Shown: positions 19,430 through 29,146 of the stretch, piece by piece | Layout: every line of letters begins with the position of its first letter | How positions within the stretch are numbered: the stretch's first letter is position 1 | NCBI RefSeq assembly: GCF_000247565.1 | Contig: NC_016893.1 | Coordinates: 360,001-392,000, forward strand | Origin: Wigglesworthia glossinidia endosymbiont of Glossina morsitans morsitans (Yale colony) | GTDB taxonomy: Bacteria; Pseudomonadota; Gammaproteobacteria; Enterobacterales; Enterobacteriaceae | Length of the DNA: 32,000 nucleotides | Direction: 5' to 3' | Made by a program: the position numbers and the translations under genes | The notes under the pieces: generated by a model | The model's database searches: none | The model's input: only the letters and a program-made list of their open reading frames with translations | What the model was told of the DNA's origin: nothing

Positions 19430-20866
19430 TTATGCTAAAATATCGTCTGAATTCTTTTTTATCTTGTACTGAGGATGTATCAAATTTTGAAAAGAAAAAA
19501 TGTTATTAATTTCTTTTTCTGTTAGAAAACCTTTTTCTAACACAACTTCTTTTACACTTTTACCACTTTCAGAGCAAATTTTTCCAATAATATCCCCGTT
19601 ATGATGACCGATAAACGGATTTAAATAAGTCACTATGCCAATAGAATTGGATACGTATGATTCACAAATTTTTTTATTCACAGTAATTCCATCTATACAG
19701 CGATCTTTTAGAGATTGCATAGCATTTTTTAAAATATTGATGGATTCAAAGATGGCTTGACTGATTACAGGTTCCATAGCATTTAATTGTAATTGACCAG
19801 CTTCTGCAGCCATTGTTACGCAAGTATCATTTCCGAAAACTTTAAAACATACTTGATTCACTACTTCTGGTAATACAGGATTAATTTTAGCAGGCATAAT
19901 AGAAGAACCAGCTTGTAATTCAGGTAAATTAATTTCATTCAATCCAGATCTCGGACCAGAAGACAATAGTCTCAAATCATTACAAATTTTAGATAATTTA
20001 ACAGCTAATGTTTTTAAACCTCCATGAACAGTAGAATATATGCCACAATCATAATTTGCTTCAATTAAATCTTTAGCTGGGATACATGGTATACCACTAA
20101 TTTGAGAAAGTTTTTTGACAACAACTTTTTGATATCCTTTAGGAGTATTTAATTTAGTGCCAATTGCAGTTCCTCCAAGATTGACCTGTAACAAAAGTTT
20201 CGCAATATATAACAGATTCATTTTTTCTTTTTTTAAAGATGTGTTAAAAGCATAAAATTCTTGACCTAAAGTCATTGGAACGGCATCTTGTAATTGAGTG
20301 CGGCCCATTTTGATTATTTTAGAAAATTCTTTCGCTTTATTTTTTAAACTAGATGTTAAATATGTAATCGTTTTAATTAATTGTATTAAAGATGTATAAA
20401 TTGCTAATCTTAATCCTGTAGGATACGCATCATTTGTAGATTGACTAAGATTTAAATGATCATTAGGATGTAAAAATTGATATTCTCCTTTTTTATGACC
20501 CATAATTTCTAAACCAATATTAGCTAAAACTTCATTAATATTCATATTTACTGAAGTTCCCGCACCACCTTGAAACGCATCTATTGGAAATTGATTATAT
20601 ATATTGTTTTTACTTAAAAGTTGATCGCATGAAGCAAAAATAATTTTTGCAATTTCTTGAGACAAAATTTGAAATTCTAAATTAGCTATTGCTGATGCTT
20701 TTTTTACTATCACCATACTGCGTATTAGTTCTGGATAATCGTTTATAGTCATTTGACTAATTTTAAAATTTTCACTAGCGCGTAGTGTATGAATTCCGTA
20801 ATAAGCTGTATGGGGAATTTCTCGTGTCCCAATAAGATCTTTTTCAATACGAACAGAATTTGACAT
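19430..20866 (-). CDS. aspA: Aspartate ammonia-lyase (aspartase)
   Basis: [99 protein letters not shown]. Confidence 0.97.
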   Translation of the reverse strand: MSNSVRIEKDLIGTREIPHTAYYGIHTLRASENFKISQMTINDYPELIRSMVIVKKASAIANLEFQILSQEIAKIIFASCDQLLSKNNIYNQFPIDAFQGGAGTSVNMNINEVLANIGLEIMGHKKGEYQFLHPNDHLNLSQSTNDAYPTGLRLAIYTSLIQLIKTITYLTSSLKNKAKEFSKIIKMGRTQLQDAVPMTLGQEFYAFNTSLKKEKMNLLYIAKLLLQVNLGGTAIGTKLNTPKGYQKVVVKKLSQISGIPCIPAKDLIEANYDCGIYSTVHGGLKTLAVKLSKICNDLRLLSSGPRSGLNEINLPELQAGSSIMPAKINPVLPEVVNQVCFKVFGNDTCVTMAAEAGQLQLNAMEPVISQAIFESINILKNAMQSLKDRCIDGITVNKKICESYVSNSIGIVTYLNPFIGHHNGDIIGKICSESGKSVKEVVLEKGFLTEKEINNIFSFQNLIHPQYKIKKNSDDILA

Positions 20867-21606
20867 GATCGATCCTCGATAGTAATATAATAATACACAT
20901 TATGTTATTCTAAATTAAATGTACGAAGCACTTTTTATTTTAAATAAATAAAAATTTTATTAACTTTATTTTTGAATTATTATTTTTATAGTATTTAAAA
21001 AAATTTAAACATATATAAAAAAAATAAAAATCTTTTAAAATTATCAAACACTTAGTTGGGAATGATTTAATTTTTATTATTAATTATATTTGTAAAAAAT
21101 ATTTAATTTATAAAAATTAATCAATATTTAAAAAAATTTAATGCAATTTTAAATTTTTATTCAAAAATAAAAAATTAAAATCTTCTTTTTATTATTTATC
21201 ATAATATTTTTAAAAAAATCGATAATAACTATTCGATTTAAAAAAATAATTAAATTATAACTATTATAATAATAAATAAAAAATAATTTAATTAAGTTAG
21301 TAAAAAATAAAAATAATTTTAATAAATCAAATTATATTTTTTTTTAAAATATAATGTAATTATATTAAATTTTTTTTCAGTTTTTATTAAATTAAATAAA
21401 TCTTGTTTATTTTTTAGAAAATTTAAAATAAATACTTACTATTTAAGATACATTTAAAAATTTATTGTTATCAGTAAATAAAAAGTTGAAATAATATTTT
21501 AAATATTAATATTTAATTTGATAAATTTCAACTTTATACATTGTTAAAAAAAATTATAAATTTATTCAATAAATAAATGTATTAATTTATTTTTTAAATA
21601 ACAATT

Positions 21607-22434
21607 TTAAGAGATATCTGCATGTAATATTTTATTAATTTTTATTTTTTTTTTAGTATAACAGTCGGTTTTTTTAATAATAACAGCGCAACTTATATTA
21701 AATTTTTTGTTCTCAGAAGGTAAGCTACCTGGAATTACAACTGAACCGCTAGGTACGCGTCCATAGTAAATTTTTTGATGCATAGCATCATAAATTTTTG
21801 TACTTTTTCCAATAAAAACGCCCATAGAAATTACTGAATTAGATTCTATAATTACGCCTTCTACAATTTCTGAACGGGCTCCAATAAAACAATTGTCTTC
21901 GATGATAGTTGGATCGGATTGTAATGGTTCTAAAACACCACCAATTCCTACGCCTCCTGAAATATGTACATTTTTGCCAATTTGTGCACATGATCCAATA
22001 GTAGACCAAGTATCTATTGTAGATCCTTCGTCTATATATGCACCGATATTAATATATGATGGCATTAATACGCTATTTTGAGAAATAAATGCACCTTTAC
22101 GCACGCAAGCATTAGGAACCACTCTAATGTTTGCACATTTAAAATCTGAATAATTCCATCTAGAAAATTTCATTTCTATTTTATCAAAAAATCGCATATT
22201 TTCTGAAATAATTAAATGATTTTTAAAAATATGAAATGCAAGTAATATTGCTTTTTTTATCCATTTATGTGTAATCCATATTCCATTTTTTTTTTCCGCT
22301 ACTCTGATTTTACCTTTATCTAGTAAATTAATTACAGTAGTCACTGTTTTTTTTAAAATTGGACAAATGTTCTTTGATTTAAGAGAATTTTGATTTTTAA
22401 ATGCAGTATTAATTATTTTTTTTAAATTATTCAT
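21607..22434 (-). CDS. dapD: 2,3,4,5-tetrahydropyridine-2,6-dicarboxylate N-succinyltransferase; start placed at internal ATG (listed ORF starts at 22452)
   Basis: MNNLKKIINTAF start aligns with known DapD; left-handed beta-helix body NSVLMPSYINIGAYIDEGSTIDTWSTIGSCAQIGKNVHISGGVGIGGVLEPLQ. Confidence 0.96.
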   Translation of the reverse strand: MNNLKKIINTAFKNQNSLKSKNICPILKKTVTTVINLLDKGKIRVAEKKNGIWITHKWIKKAILLAFHIFKNHLIISENMRFFDKIEMKFSRWNYSDFKCANIRVVPNACVRKGAFISQNSVLMPSYINIGAYIDEGSTIDTWSTIGSCAQIGKNVHISGGVGIGGVLEPLQSDPTIIEDNCFIGARSEIVEGVIIESNSVISMGVFIGKSTKIYDAMHQKIYYGRVPSGSVVIPGSLPSENKKFNISCAVIIKKTDCYTKKKIKINKILHADIS

Positions 22435-22473
22435 TATAAATATTCTATGCAAATTTAGTTATCTCGTGATATA

Positions 22474-23250
22474 TTATATTAATATATTTTCATATGAACG
22501 CAGCGTCATTACTTTGCTCCCATTTTGTGTCACTAAAATAGTATGTTCGTATTGCGCAGATAAACTTCCATCTCTAGTTTTTACGGTCCAACCGTCAGGC
22601 ATTGTATATACGTAACGCGATCCTGCATTAATCATAGGTTCTACTGTAAATATCATGCCTGGTTTTAATATTATTTCTTGATCATAAGCATCATAATGTA
22701 ATATTTGTGGGGGTTCGTGAAAATTTTTTCCAATACCATGTCCGCAGTATTCTCTTACTACTGAATAATTATTAGATTCGACATATTGTTGAATTATTTT
22801 TCCAATTTCTCTCAATTTTATACCTGGACGAATACTTTTAATAGCTAAATATAAACTTTTTTTTGCTATTTTACATAGATGTAATCCTTTGGTATTTTCT
22901 GTATCAACACAAAACATTTTTGATGTATCACCATAATATCCATCCTTCACTATCGCAACATCAATATTTAAAATATCTCCTGAATTTAATATGGTTTTTT
23001 GATTTGGAATACCATGACAAACTACGTCATTAATTGAAATGCATACTGATTTTGGAAAGCCACAGTATCCTAGTGCTGCAGGAAAAGCATTTTGATTCTC
23101 TGTAATATATTTATGGCATATTGAATTTAATTCTTCCGTACTAATACCTGGTTTAATATGTTTAGAAATCTTTTCTAATATTTTTGCTGCTATTGTACAA
23201 GATTGTTGTATTTTAAAAATATCATATGATGATTTAATATCAATAGACAT
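22474..23250 (-). CDS. map: Type I methionine aminopeptidase; start placed at ATG 23250 (listed ORF starts at 23280)
   Basis: MSIDIKSSYDIFKIQQSCTIAAKILE, YCGFPKSVCISINDVVCHGIP, REYCGHGIGKNFHEPPQI, FTVEPMINAGS, DGWTVKTRDGSLSAQYEHTI. Confidence 0.96.
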   Translation of the reverse strand: MSIDIKSSYDIFKIQQSCTIAAKILEKISKHIKPGISTEELNSICHKYITENQNAFPAALGYCGFPKSVCISINDVVCHGIPNQKTILNSGDILNIDVAIVKDGYYGDTSKMFCVDTENTKGLHLCKIAKKSLYLAIKSIRPGIKLREIGKIIQQYVESNNYSVVREYCGHGIGKNFHEPPQILHYDAYDQEIILKPGMIFTVEPMINAGSRYVYTMPDGWTVKTRDGSLSAQYEHTILVTQNGSKVMTLRSYENILI

Positions 23251-23503
23251 GCGCAACATCCGTATTGAAGTAAATATCAATTTTAAAAAATATTTTATTT
23301 TTATCAGATAAAATTGATCTTTGCTGAAATTTAATTAATTATTTTATAATATGAATATACTAAATTTTAAATAAAATTAAATATTTTTTTTAAATTTTTA
23401 TTAACATTTTGCTGATACAATATGTATATTTAACACTAAAAATCAGTTTAATTGAACATTGTTTGTTTTATTTTTATTTTGAATTAAAATCAAGGATAAA
23501 AAA

Positions 23504-24217
23504 ATGATAAATTTATCTATACGAAATATGATTCAATCAGGTGTACATTTCGGACACCAATCTCGTTACTGGAATCCAAATATGAAACCTTTTATTTTTG
23601 GAAAAAAAAACAAGATACATATTATTGATTTAGAAAAAACGTTGATTATGCTTAATCAAGCTATGCTAGAACTAGCTAAAATATCGCGCCGAGGTGGAAA
23701 AATTTTGTTTGTCGGTACTAAACGAGCTGCATCAAAATCTATAAAAAAATTTGCTAAAGATTGCAACCAATTTTTCGTGCATCATAGATGGTTAGGAGGT
23801 ATGTTAACAAATTGGAAAACTGTAAGACAGTCTATTCGATACTTAAAAGATCTTGAAATACAATCTCAAGATGGAACATTTGAAAAATTAACTAAACGTG
23901 AAGCTTTAATTAGAACACGTACTTTAAATAAATTAGAAAATAGTTTAGGTGGAATTAAACATATGGGTGGTTTACCTGATGCACTTTTTATTATTGATGC
24001 AGAATATGAAAAGATCGCTATACAGGAAGCATATAAGTTGGGTATTCTTACATTTGCCGTAGTTGATACAAACTCAAACCCTGAGAAAGTTAACTTTATT
24101 ATTCCAGGAAACGATGATGCGATACGTGCCATTAATTTATATTTATCTGTTGCTGCACAAACTGTTCAAAAAGCAAAATTAAATAAATCAGACGAATTAA
24201 GTCAAAAGTATATTTAA
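23504..24217 (+). CDS. rpsB: 30S ribosomal protein S2
   Basis: [83 protein letters not shown]; SD caagga upstream. Confidence 0.98.
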   Translation: MINLSIRNMIQSGVHFGHQSRYWNPNMKPFIFGKKNKIHIIDLEKTLIMLNQAMLELAKISRRGGKILFVGTKRAASKSIKKFAKDCNQFFVHHRWLGGMLTNWKTVRQSIRYLKDLEIQSQDGTFEKLTKREALIRTRTLNKLENSLGGIKHMGGLPDALFIIDAEYEKIAIQEAYKLGILTFAVVDTNSNPEKVNFIIPGNDDAIRAINLYLSVAAQTVQKAKLNKSDELSQKYI

Positions 24218-24265
24218 AATATTTATATTATTCTAAACAAGTTTTTTATTATTAGGTTAATTACT

Positions 24266-25072
24266 ATGAAAAATAAAATCTCTTCACTCGTAAAAATTAT
24301 GAGAGAACGTACTAATTTAGGAATTTTAGAATGTAAAAAATCGTTAATAAAAGCTGATGGCGACATTGATCTTGCAATACAATATGCACGAAAATCAGGA
24401 TTAATAATATCAAAACAAAAACATTCTATTCAATCTATAAATAGCGGTATTATTTTATCAAAAATAAATAAAGAAAAAAAAATTGGTATACTTGTTGAAA
24501 TAAATAGCGAAACTGATTTTGTTGCAAAAAATTTAATTTTTGAAACTTTTGGAAGTGAACTGGCTTATACAGCACTTAAAAAAAGAATTTCAGATATTGA
24601 TATTTTGAGAAATTTATTCAAAAATAAAATAGAGTCTTTAACTTTACAATTCGGAGAAAATATTAATATCAGACGCATAAAATTATTGTGTGGCGAAAAC
24701 TTAGCTTCTTATATGCACTTTCAAAAAATCGGAGTCATAGTTGATTATAGTAATATAGATGAAAAATTAAATCAAAAAATTGCCATGCATATAGCGGCAA
24801 GTAATCCTAAATACATTAATGTTAATTGCATTCCAAAATATATAATAGATCAAGAATATAAAATATATTTAGAATATGCTTTAAATTTAAGAAAATCACA
24901 AATAATTGCTGAAAAAATTGCTCATGGTCGTATGCAAAAATTTTTTGAAAGTGTTGCACTAGAAGAGCAAAATTTTATTTTTAATCCTGAAAAAAAAATT
25001 AAATCTATTTTAGATAAAAATAATATATGTGTTATTAATTTTATTAGATTTGAATTAGGAGAAAAATATTAG
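24266..25072 (+). CDS. tsf: Elongation factor Ts
   Basis: VKIMRERTNLGILECKKSLIKADGDIDLAIQYARKSG, VEINSETDFVAKN, HIAASNPKYIN; follows rpsB. Confidence 0.96.
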   Translation: MKNKISSLVKIMRERTNLGILECKKSLIKADGDIDLAIQYARKSGLIISKQKHSIQSINSGIILSKINKEKKIGILVEINSETDFVAKNLIFETFGSELAYTALKKRISDIDILRNLFKNKIESLTLQFGENINIRRIKLLCGENLASYMHFQKIGVIVDYSNIDEKLNQKIAMHIAASNPKYINVNCIPKYIIDQEYKIYLEYALNLRKSQIIAEKIAHGRMQKFFESVALEEQNFIFNPEKKIKSILDKNNICVINFIRFELGEKY

Positions 25073-25200
25073 TTTAATTTTATAAATAAAAAATTCTAAT
25101 TTATTTTAAAAATCAAATATATTACAATTAAGATTTACAGTTTTTAAATTATATATATAAATTTCGTTATGTTATTTTCATTAATAAATTTAAAAGATGA

Positions 25201-25240
25201 AAATATAAATTAATTTTACATAAAAAATTAATTTATATTT
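25201..25240. repeat. Perfect 17-bp inverted repeat with 6-nt loop in the tsf-frr spacer
   Basis: aaatataaattaatttt-acataa-aaaattaatttatattt read directly. Confidence 0.85.
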
Positions 25241-25255
25241 ATATGAAAAAAATTT

Positions 25256-25284
25256 TTTTTATATAAAACTATTTTATATAAAAA
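25256..25284. repeat. Perfect 13-bp inverted repeat with 3-nt loop in the tsf-frr spacer
   Basis: tttttatataaaa-cta-ttttatataaaaa; arms are AT-only, so chance occurrence is easier. Confidence 0.65.
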
Positions 25285-25512
25285 TTTTTAATTTATATTT
25301 ACATAAATATTATTTTAAATAAAAATAAAATTTTACTCTTTTTTTTAAAAAAAAATAAGATGATAACGTGAACAGTATAAATATTAAGTATATAAAAAAA
25401 TTTTTTTAAAGTTTTATTTAATGAATTTAAGATACACACCAATTATTTACAAAATATTTGTTATTATATAGAATTATAGTATTTAATAACTTATTTATTT
25501 CAGGGAAATAGT

Positions 25513-26073
25513 GTGATTCGCGAGATTTATAAAAATGCAAATTTACGCATGAAAAAATCAATAAATTTTTTTATAGAAAACATTTCTAAAATTCGTACCG
25601 ATCGAGCTTCTCCCGAATTAATAAATAATATTCAAGTAGATTACTTCGGGAAAAAATTACCCCTAAATAAATTATCTAGAATTATGATAGAAAATTGGAA
25701 TACCTTAGTGTTAACAATTTTTGATGCAAATAATATTAAAAAAATTGAACAAGCTATTTTGTCTACAAATCTTGGGTTAACACCAAAAATATATCATAAT
25801 TCTATTCGCGTAATCTTTCCGAAATTAACTGAAGAACGTCGATTAAAATTAATACAATTAATTCGAAAAGAATCAGAAAAAAATATTATATCTGTTCGAA
25901 ACATTCGTCGCAATATCAATGAAAAAATAAAATATTTAACTAAAAAAAGTATAATTAACAAAGATGAAGAAAAAAAATTTCAAAACCAAATTCAAAAATT
26001 AACTAACGATACAATACAAGAAATAAAAAAACTGCTTTTAAAGAAAGAAAATGATCTTAATTTAAAAAATTAA
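25513..26073 (+). CDS. frr: Ribosome recycling factor; GTG start
   Basis: IREIYKNANLRMKKSINFF...ISKIRTDRASPELINNIQVDYFG, KLTEERRLKLIQLIRKESE, VRNIRRNINEKIK; SD-like caggga. Confidence 0.96.
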   Translation: MIREIYKNANLRMKKSINFFIENISKIRTDRASPELINNIQVDYFGKKLPLNKLSRIMIENWNTLVLTIFDANNIKKIEQAILSTNLGLTPKIYHNSIRVIFPKLTEERRLKLIQLIRKESEKNIISVRNIRRNINEKIKYLTKKSIINKDEEKKFQNQIQKLTNDTIQEIKKLLLKKENDLNLKN

Positions 26074-26178
26074 ATTTTTTTTAAAAATAACTTCGATTAA
26101 AAAAATAAATTAATATAAAAAATTTTTATACAAATTTATTATTTTTTAAATAATTCTGTTTTGTTTATAAAACTTAAT

Positions 26179-27390
26179 ATGAAAACTAAAAGTATAACAA
26201 TTTTGGGAAGTACCGGTTCAATTGGAATTAATACTTTAGATATAATCAATAAAAATTTGGACATATTTTCAATTTATGCACTGATAGCATATGGAAATAA
26301 TATAGATTTAATGACTCATCAGTGTTTAAAATATCAACCAAATTACGTATGTACTATAAATTCATTATCTGCCAAATTACTTCAAAATAATTTATTATAT
26401 CATAAATGCAGAACATCTGTTTTATTTGGATCAAAAAATGCATGTCAATTATCTTCTTCAGAAGATATGGATACTTTAGTAGCTGCTACAGTAGGACTAT
26501 CTGGAATATTCTTTATATTTGCTGCAATTAAATCAGGAAAAAAAATACTTTTAGCAAATAAAGAAATTTTAGTATCATGTGGTGACTTTTTTATGAAACA
26601 AATAAAAAAATATGATGCATTTTTATGCCCAATAGATAGCGAACATAACGCTATTTTCCAAAGTTTACCTATCAATATGCAGAAAAAGTTAGGTGATTGT
26701 GAATTATTAGAAAAATGTAAAATTTCTGGAATTATTTTAACCGGTTCTGGAGGACCTTTCAGAAAAGTTCCTTTGGATAATTTGCACACAATGACACCGC
26801 AGCAAGCATGTGCACATCCAAATTGGAGTATGGGTAAAAAAATTTCTATAGATTCTGCTACTATGATGAATAAAGGACTCGAGTATATTGCAGCACGTTT
26901 ATTATTTCAAGCTAATCCAGAACAAATTGAAATACTACTGCACCCACAATCTATTATTCATGCTATGGTAAGATATATTGACGGTAGTATATTTGCTCAT
27001 ATGAGTATGCCCGATATTAAAACTTCTATTGCCTATGGATTAGGTTATCCCGAACGTATATTTTCTGGTACTACAGAAATAAATTTTTTTCAATTAAATC
27101 ATTTAAATTTCGAACATATTAGTAAAAAAAGATATCCTTGTTTTTATTTAGCCATCAAAGCAAGTGAGTACGGGCAAGGAGAAATTATAACATTAAATGC
27201 TACAAATGAAGTTGCAGTAGAATCTTTTTTATTGAATCAAATTAAATTTACAGACATTGCAAAAATTAATGAATATGTTTTAGAAACATTCAAAATATCG
27301 CAACCTAATAATATAGAAGAAATTTTGTTTATTGATACACAAGTTCGTAAATATACGAATCAATATATTAAATTAAACAAGTTTAATTAA
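26179..27390 (+). CDS. dxr: 1-deoxy-D-xylulose-5-phosphate reductoisomerase; start placed at ATG 26179
   Basis: KSITILGSTGSIGINTLDII, KKILLANKEILVSCG, PIDSEHNAIFQ, ILTGSGGPFRKVPL, HPNWSMGKKISIDSATMMNKGLE. Confidence 0.97.
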   Translation: MKTKSITILGSTGSIGINTLDIINKNLDIFSIYALIAYGNNIDLMTHQCLKYQPNYVCTINSLSAKLLQNNLLYHKCRTSVLFGSKNACQLSSSEDMDTLVAATVGLSGIFFIFAAIKSGKKILLANKEILVSCGDFFMKQIKKYDAFLCPIDSEHNAIFQSLPINMQKKLGDCELLEKCKISGIILTGSGGPFRKVPLDNLHTMTPQQACAHPNWSMGKKISIDSATMMNKGLEYIAARLLFQANPEQIEILLHPQSIIHAMVRYIDGSIFAHMSMPDIKTSIAYGLGYPERIFSGTTEINFFQLNHLNFEHISKKRYPCFYLAIKASEYGQGEIITLNATNEVAVESFLLNQIKFTDIAKINEYVLETFKISQPNNIEEILFIDTQVRKYTNQYIKLNKFN

Positions 27391-27503
27391 CTAATTTTTT
27401 AAAATTTAAAATAAAAATTATTTAATTAAAAAGAACAATATAAAGAGTATTAAATATACAAATATTCATAAATAAATTTAATATCAACATTTTCAGGATA
27501 AAA

Positions 27504-28241
27504 ATGTTATTAGAACAACATAATATTATTAATCAACCACGGCATATTGCCATCATAATGGATGGAAATGGACGTTGGGCAAACAATAGAGGAAAAATGC
27601 GTATATTTGGTCATAAAGCAGGATTAGAATCAGCAAAACGTGCTGTAAATTTTGCAATAAAACATCGTTTTAATGCACTAACTCTATATGCGTTTAGCAG
27701 TGAGAATTGGAATAGACCCAAACAAGAAGTTTCTGATTTAATGGAATTGTTTTTATATTCATTGAACCATACAATACATAGTTTACAAAAAAATAACGTG
27801 CGATTAAAAATTATCGGAGATATTTCGCAATTTAATTTACGATTACAAAAATATATTAAAAAAACTGAACAATTGACACATAAAAATAACGGTTTAAATT
27901 TAAATATTGCTGCTAATTATGGAGGAAGATGGGATATTATACAAGGCGTAAAAAAAATTGTTGATAAAGTGCAAAAAGGTAGTTTATATCCTGAGCAAAT
28001 CAATGAATCTATTTTTTGTAAATTAATTTCTATGAATGAACTAATGCCAGTAGATTTAGTTATTAGAACAGGAGGAGAATATCGCATTAGTAATTTTTTA
28101 CTTTGGCAAATTGCATATTCCGAATTGTTTTTTACTGATGTATTATGGCCTGATTTTAATCATGATATTTTTTCTAGTGCTATTAGCTCTTTTTTAAAAC
28201 GCAAACGTCGATTCGGTCATATAGAACAAACTGTAATGTAA
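27504..28241 (+). CDS. uppS: Isoprenyl (undecaprenyl diphosphate) synthase
   Basis: HIAIIMDGNGRWANNRGKMRIFGHKAGLESAKRAVNFA, LTLYAFSSENWNRPKQEV, DLVIRTGGEYRISNFLLWQIAYSELFFTDVLWPDF. Confidence 0.97.
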   Translation: MLLEQHNIINQPRHIAIIMDGNGRWANNRGKMRIFGHKAGLESAKRAVNFAIKHRFNALTLYAFSSENWNRPKQEVSDLMELFLYSLNHTIHSLQKNNVRLKIIGDISQFNLRLQKYIKKTEQLTHKNNGLNLNIAANYGGRWDIIQGVKKIVDKVQKGSLYPEQINESIFCKLISMNELMPVDLVIRTGGEYRISNFLLWQIAYSELFFTDVLWPDFNHDIFSSAISSFLKRKRRFGHIEQTVM

Positions 28242-28262
28242 GATTAAAAATTATAGGAGAAA

Positions 28263-29129
28263 ATTCTGAAATATCGGTTAATTAGCGCTGTTACTTTAGT
28301 ATTATGTATAGTATATATATTATTTTTTAGTTCTAAAAGTATTTTTATTTTATCAATATTTTTAATATACTTTATAAGTCTTTGGGAATGGTGCAACATC
28401 ATTGCATTAAAAAATAAAATTTATCGTATTATTTACTTTATATGCTCTTTTTTACCTTTGTTTTTTTGGAAAAATCATATTTTTCTTTTTTCTGAAATAA
28501 ATGTTATAAAACAAAAATATTTAATTTATTGCGTTCTTACTATATCAAGTATATGGTGGATGATTGCTTTAGTTATATTTGCATACTATCCGAAATCTAG
28601 TTTTTTGTGGAGGAACAAAATTTTAATTCATTTGATAATAGGATGGAACATAATATTTCCGCTGTTTTTTAGTTTAATTACATTATATCAATTTAATATT
28701 GTTTCTGAAACATTAATTGGATCTTGGATAATTATGTATGTTCTAATGTTGACATTTTGTTTAGATTCAGGAGCTTATATTTGTGGTAAATTATTTGGAA
28801 AAAATATGTTTTCTAAAATTATTTCTCCAAATAAAACTTGGGAAGGAATTTTAGGAGGGACAATATTATCTTATTGTAATGCATATTTATTTTATAAAAA
28901 TAAATTTATTCAAATTGACGCAACAATATTTTTTATTTCATCTTCGATTGCAATGATTTTTGGTATTATGGGAGATTTAATAATGAGCATGTTTAAAAGA
29001 TATGCAAATGTTAAAGATAGCGGTTGTTTAATTCCTGGACACGGAGGTATTTTAGACAGAATAGATAGTTTAAGCGCTTCTATTCCAATTTTTACTTATT
29101 TGATCTTATCGATTTTTCGTATTTTTTAA
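28263..29129 (+). CDS. cdsA: Phosphatidate cytidylyltransferase; 5' end extended beyond the listed ORF (28458), with non-canonical ATT 28263 or CTG 28266 start implied
   Basis: Open frame from 28263 reads (I)LKYRLISAVTLVLCIVYI...SLWEWCNI, aligning with the CdsA N-terminus MLKYRLISA. Body DSGAYICGKLFGKNMFSKIISPNKTWEGILGG and PGHGGILDRIDSLSASIP. Confidence 0.92.
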   Translation: MLKYRLISAVTLVLCIVYILFFSSKSIFILSIFLIYFISLWEWCNIIALKNKIYRIIYFICSFLPLFFWKNHIFLFSEINVIKQKYLIYCVLTISSIWWMIALVIFAYYPKSSFLWRNKILIHLIIGWNIIFPLFFSLITLYQFNIVSETLIGSWIIMYVLMLTFCLDSGAYICGKLFGKNMFSKIISPNKTWEGILGGTILSYCNAYLFYKNKFIQIDATIFFISSSIAMIFGIMGDLIMSMFKRYANVKDSGCLIPGHGGILDRIDSLSASIPIFTYLILSIFRIF

Positions 29130-29146
29130 AATTTGGGATAATAGAT

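Noticed and set aside
21893-22081. Plus-strand ORF of 62 aa inside dapD (minus)
   Set aside because: Antisense of the conserved hexapeptide-repeat region.
23416-23421. TACAAT as a -10 box of an rpsB promoter
   Set aside because: Plausible position, but I could not find a convincing -35 at 16-18 nt spacing, so not listed as a feature.
23866-24132. Minus-strand ORF of 88 aa inside rpsB
   Set aside because: Antisense of ribosomal protein S2.
26445-26789. Minus-strand ORF of 114 aa inside dxr
   Set aside because: Antisense of conserved DXR core.
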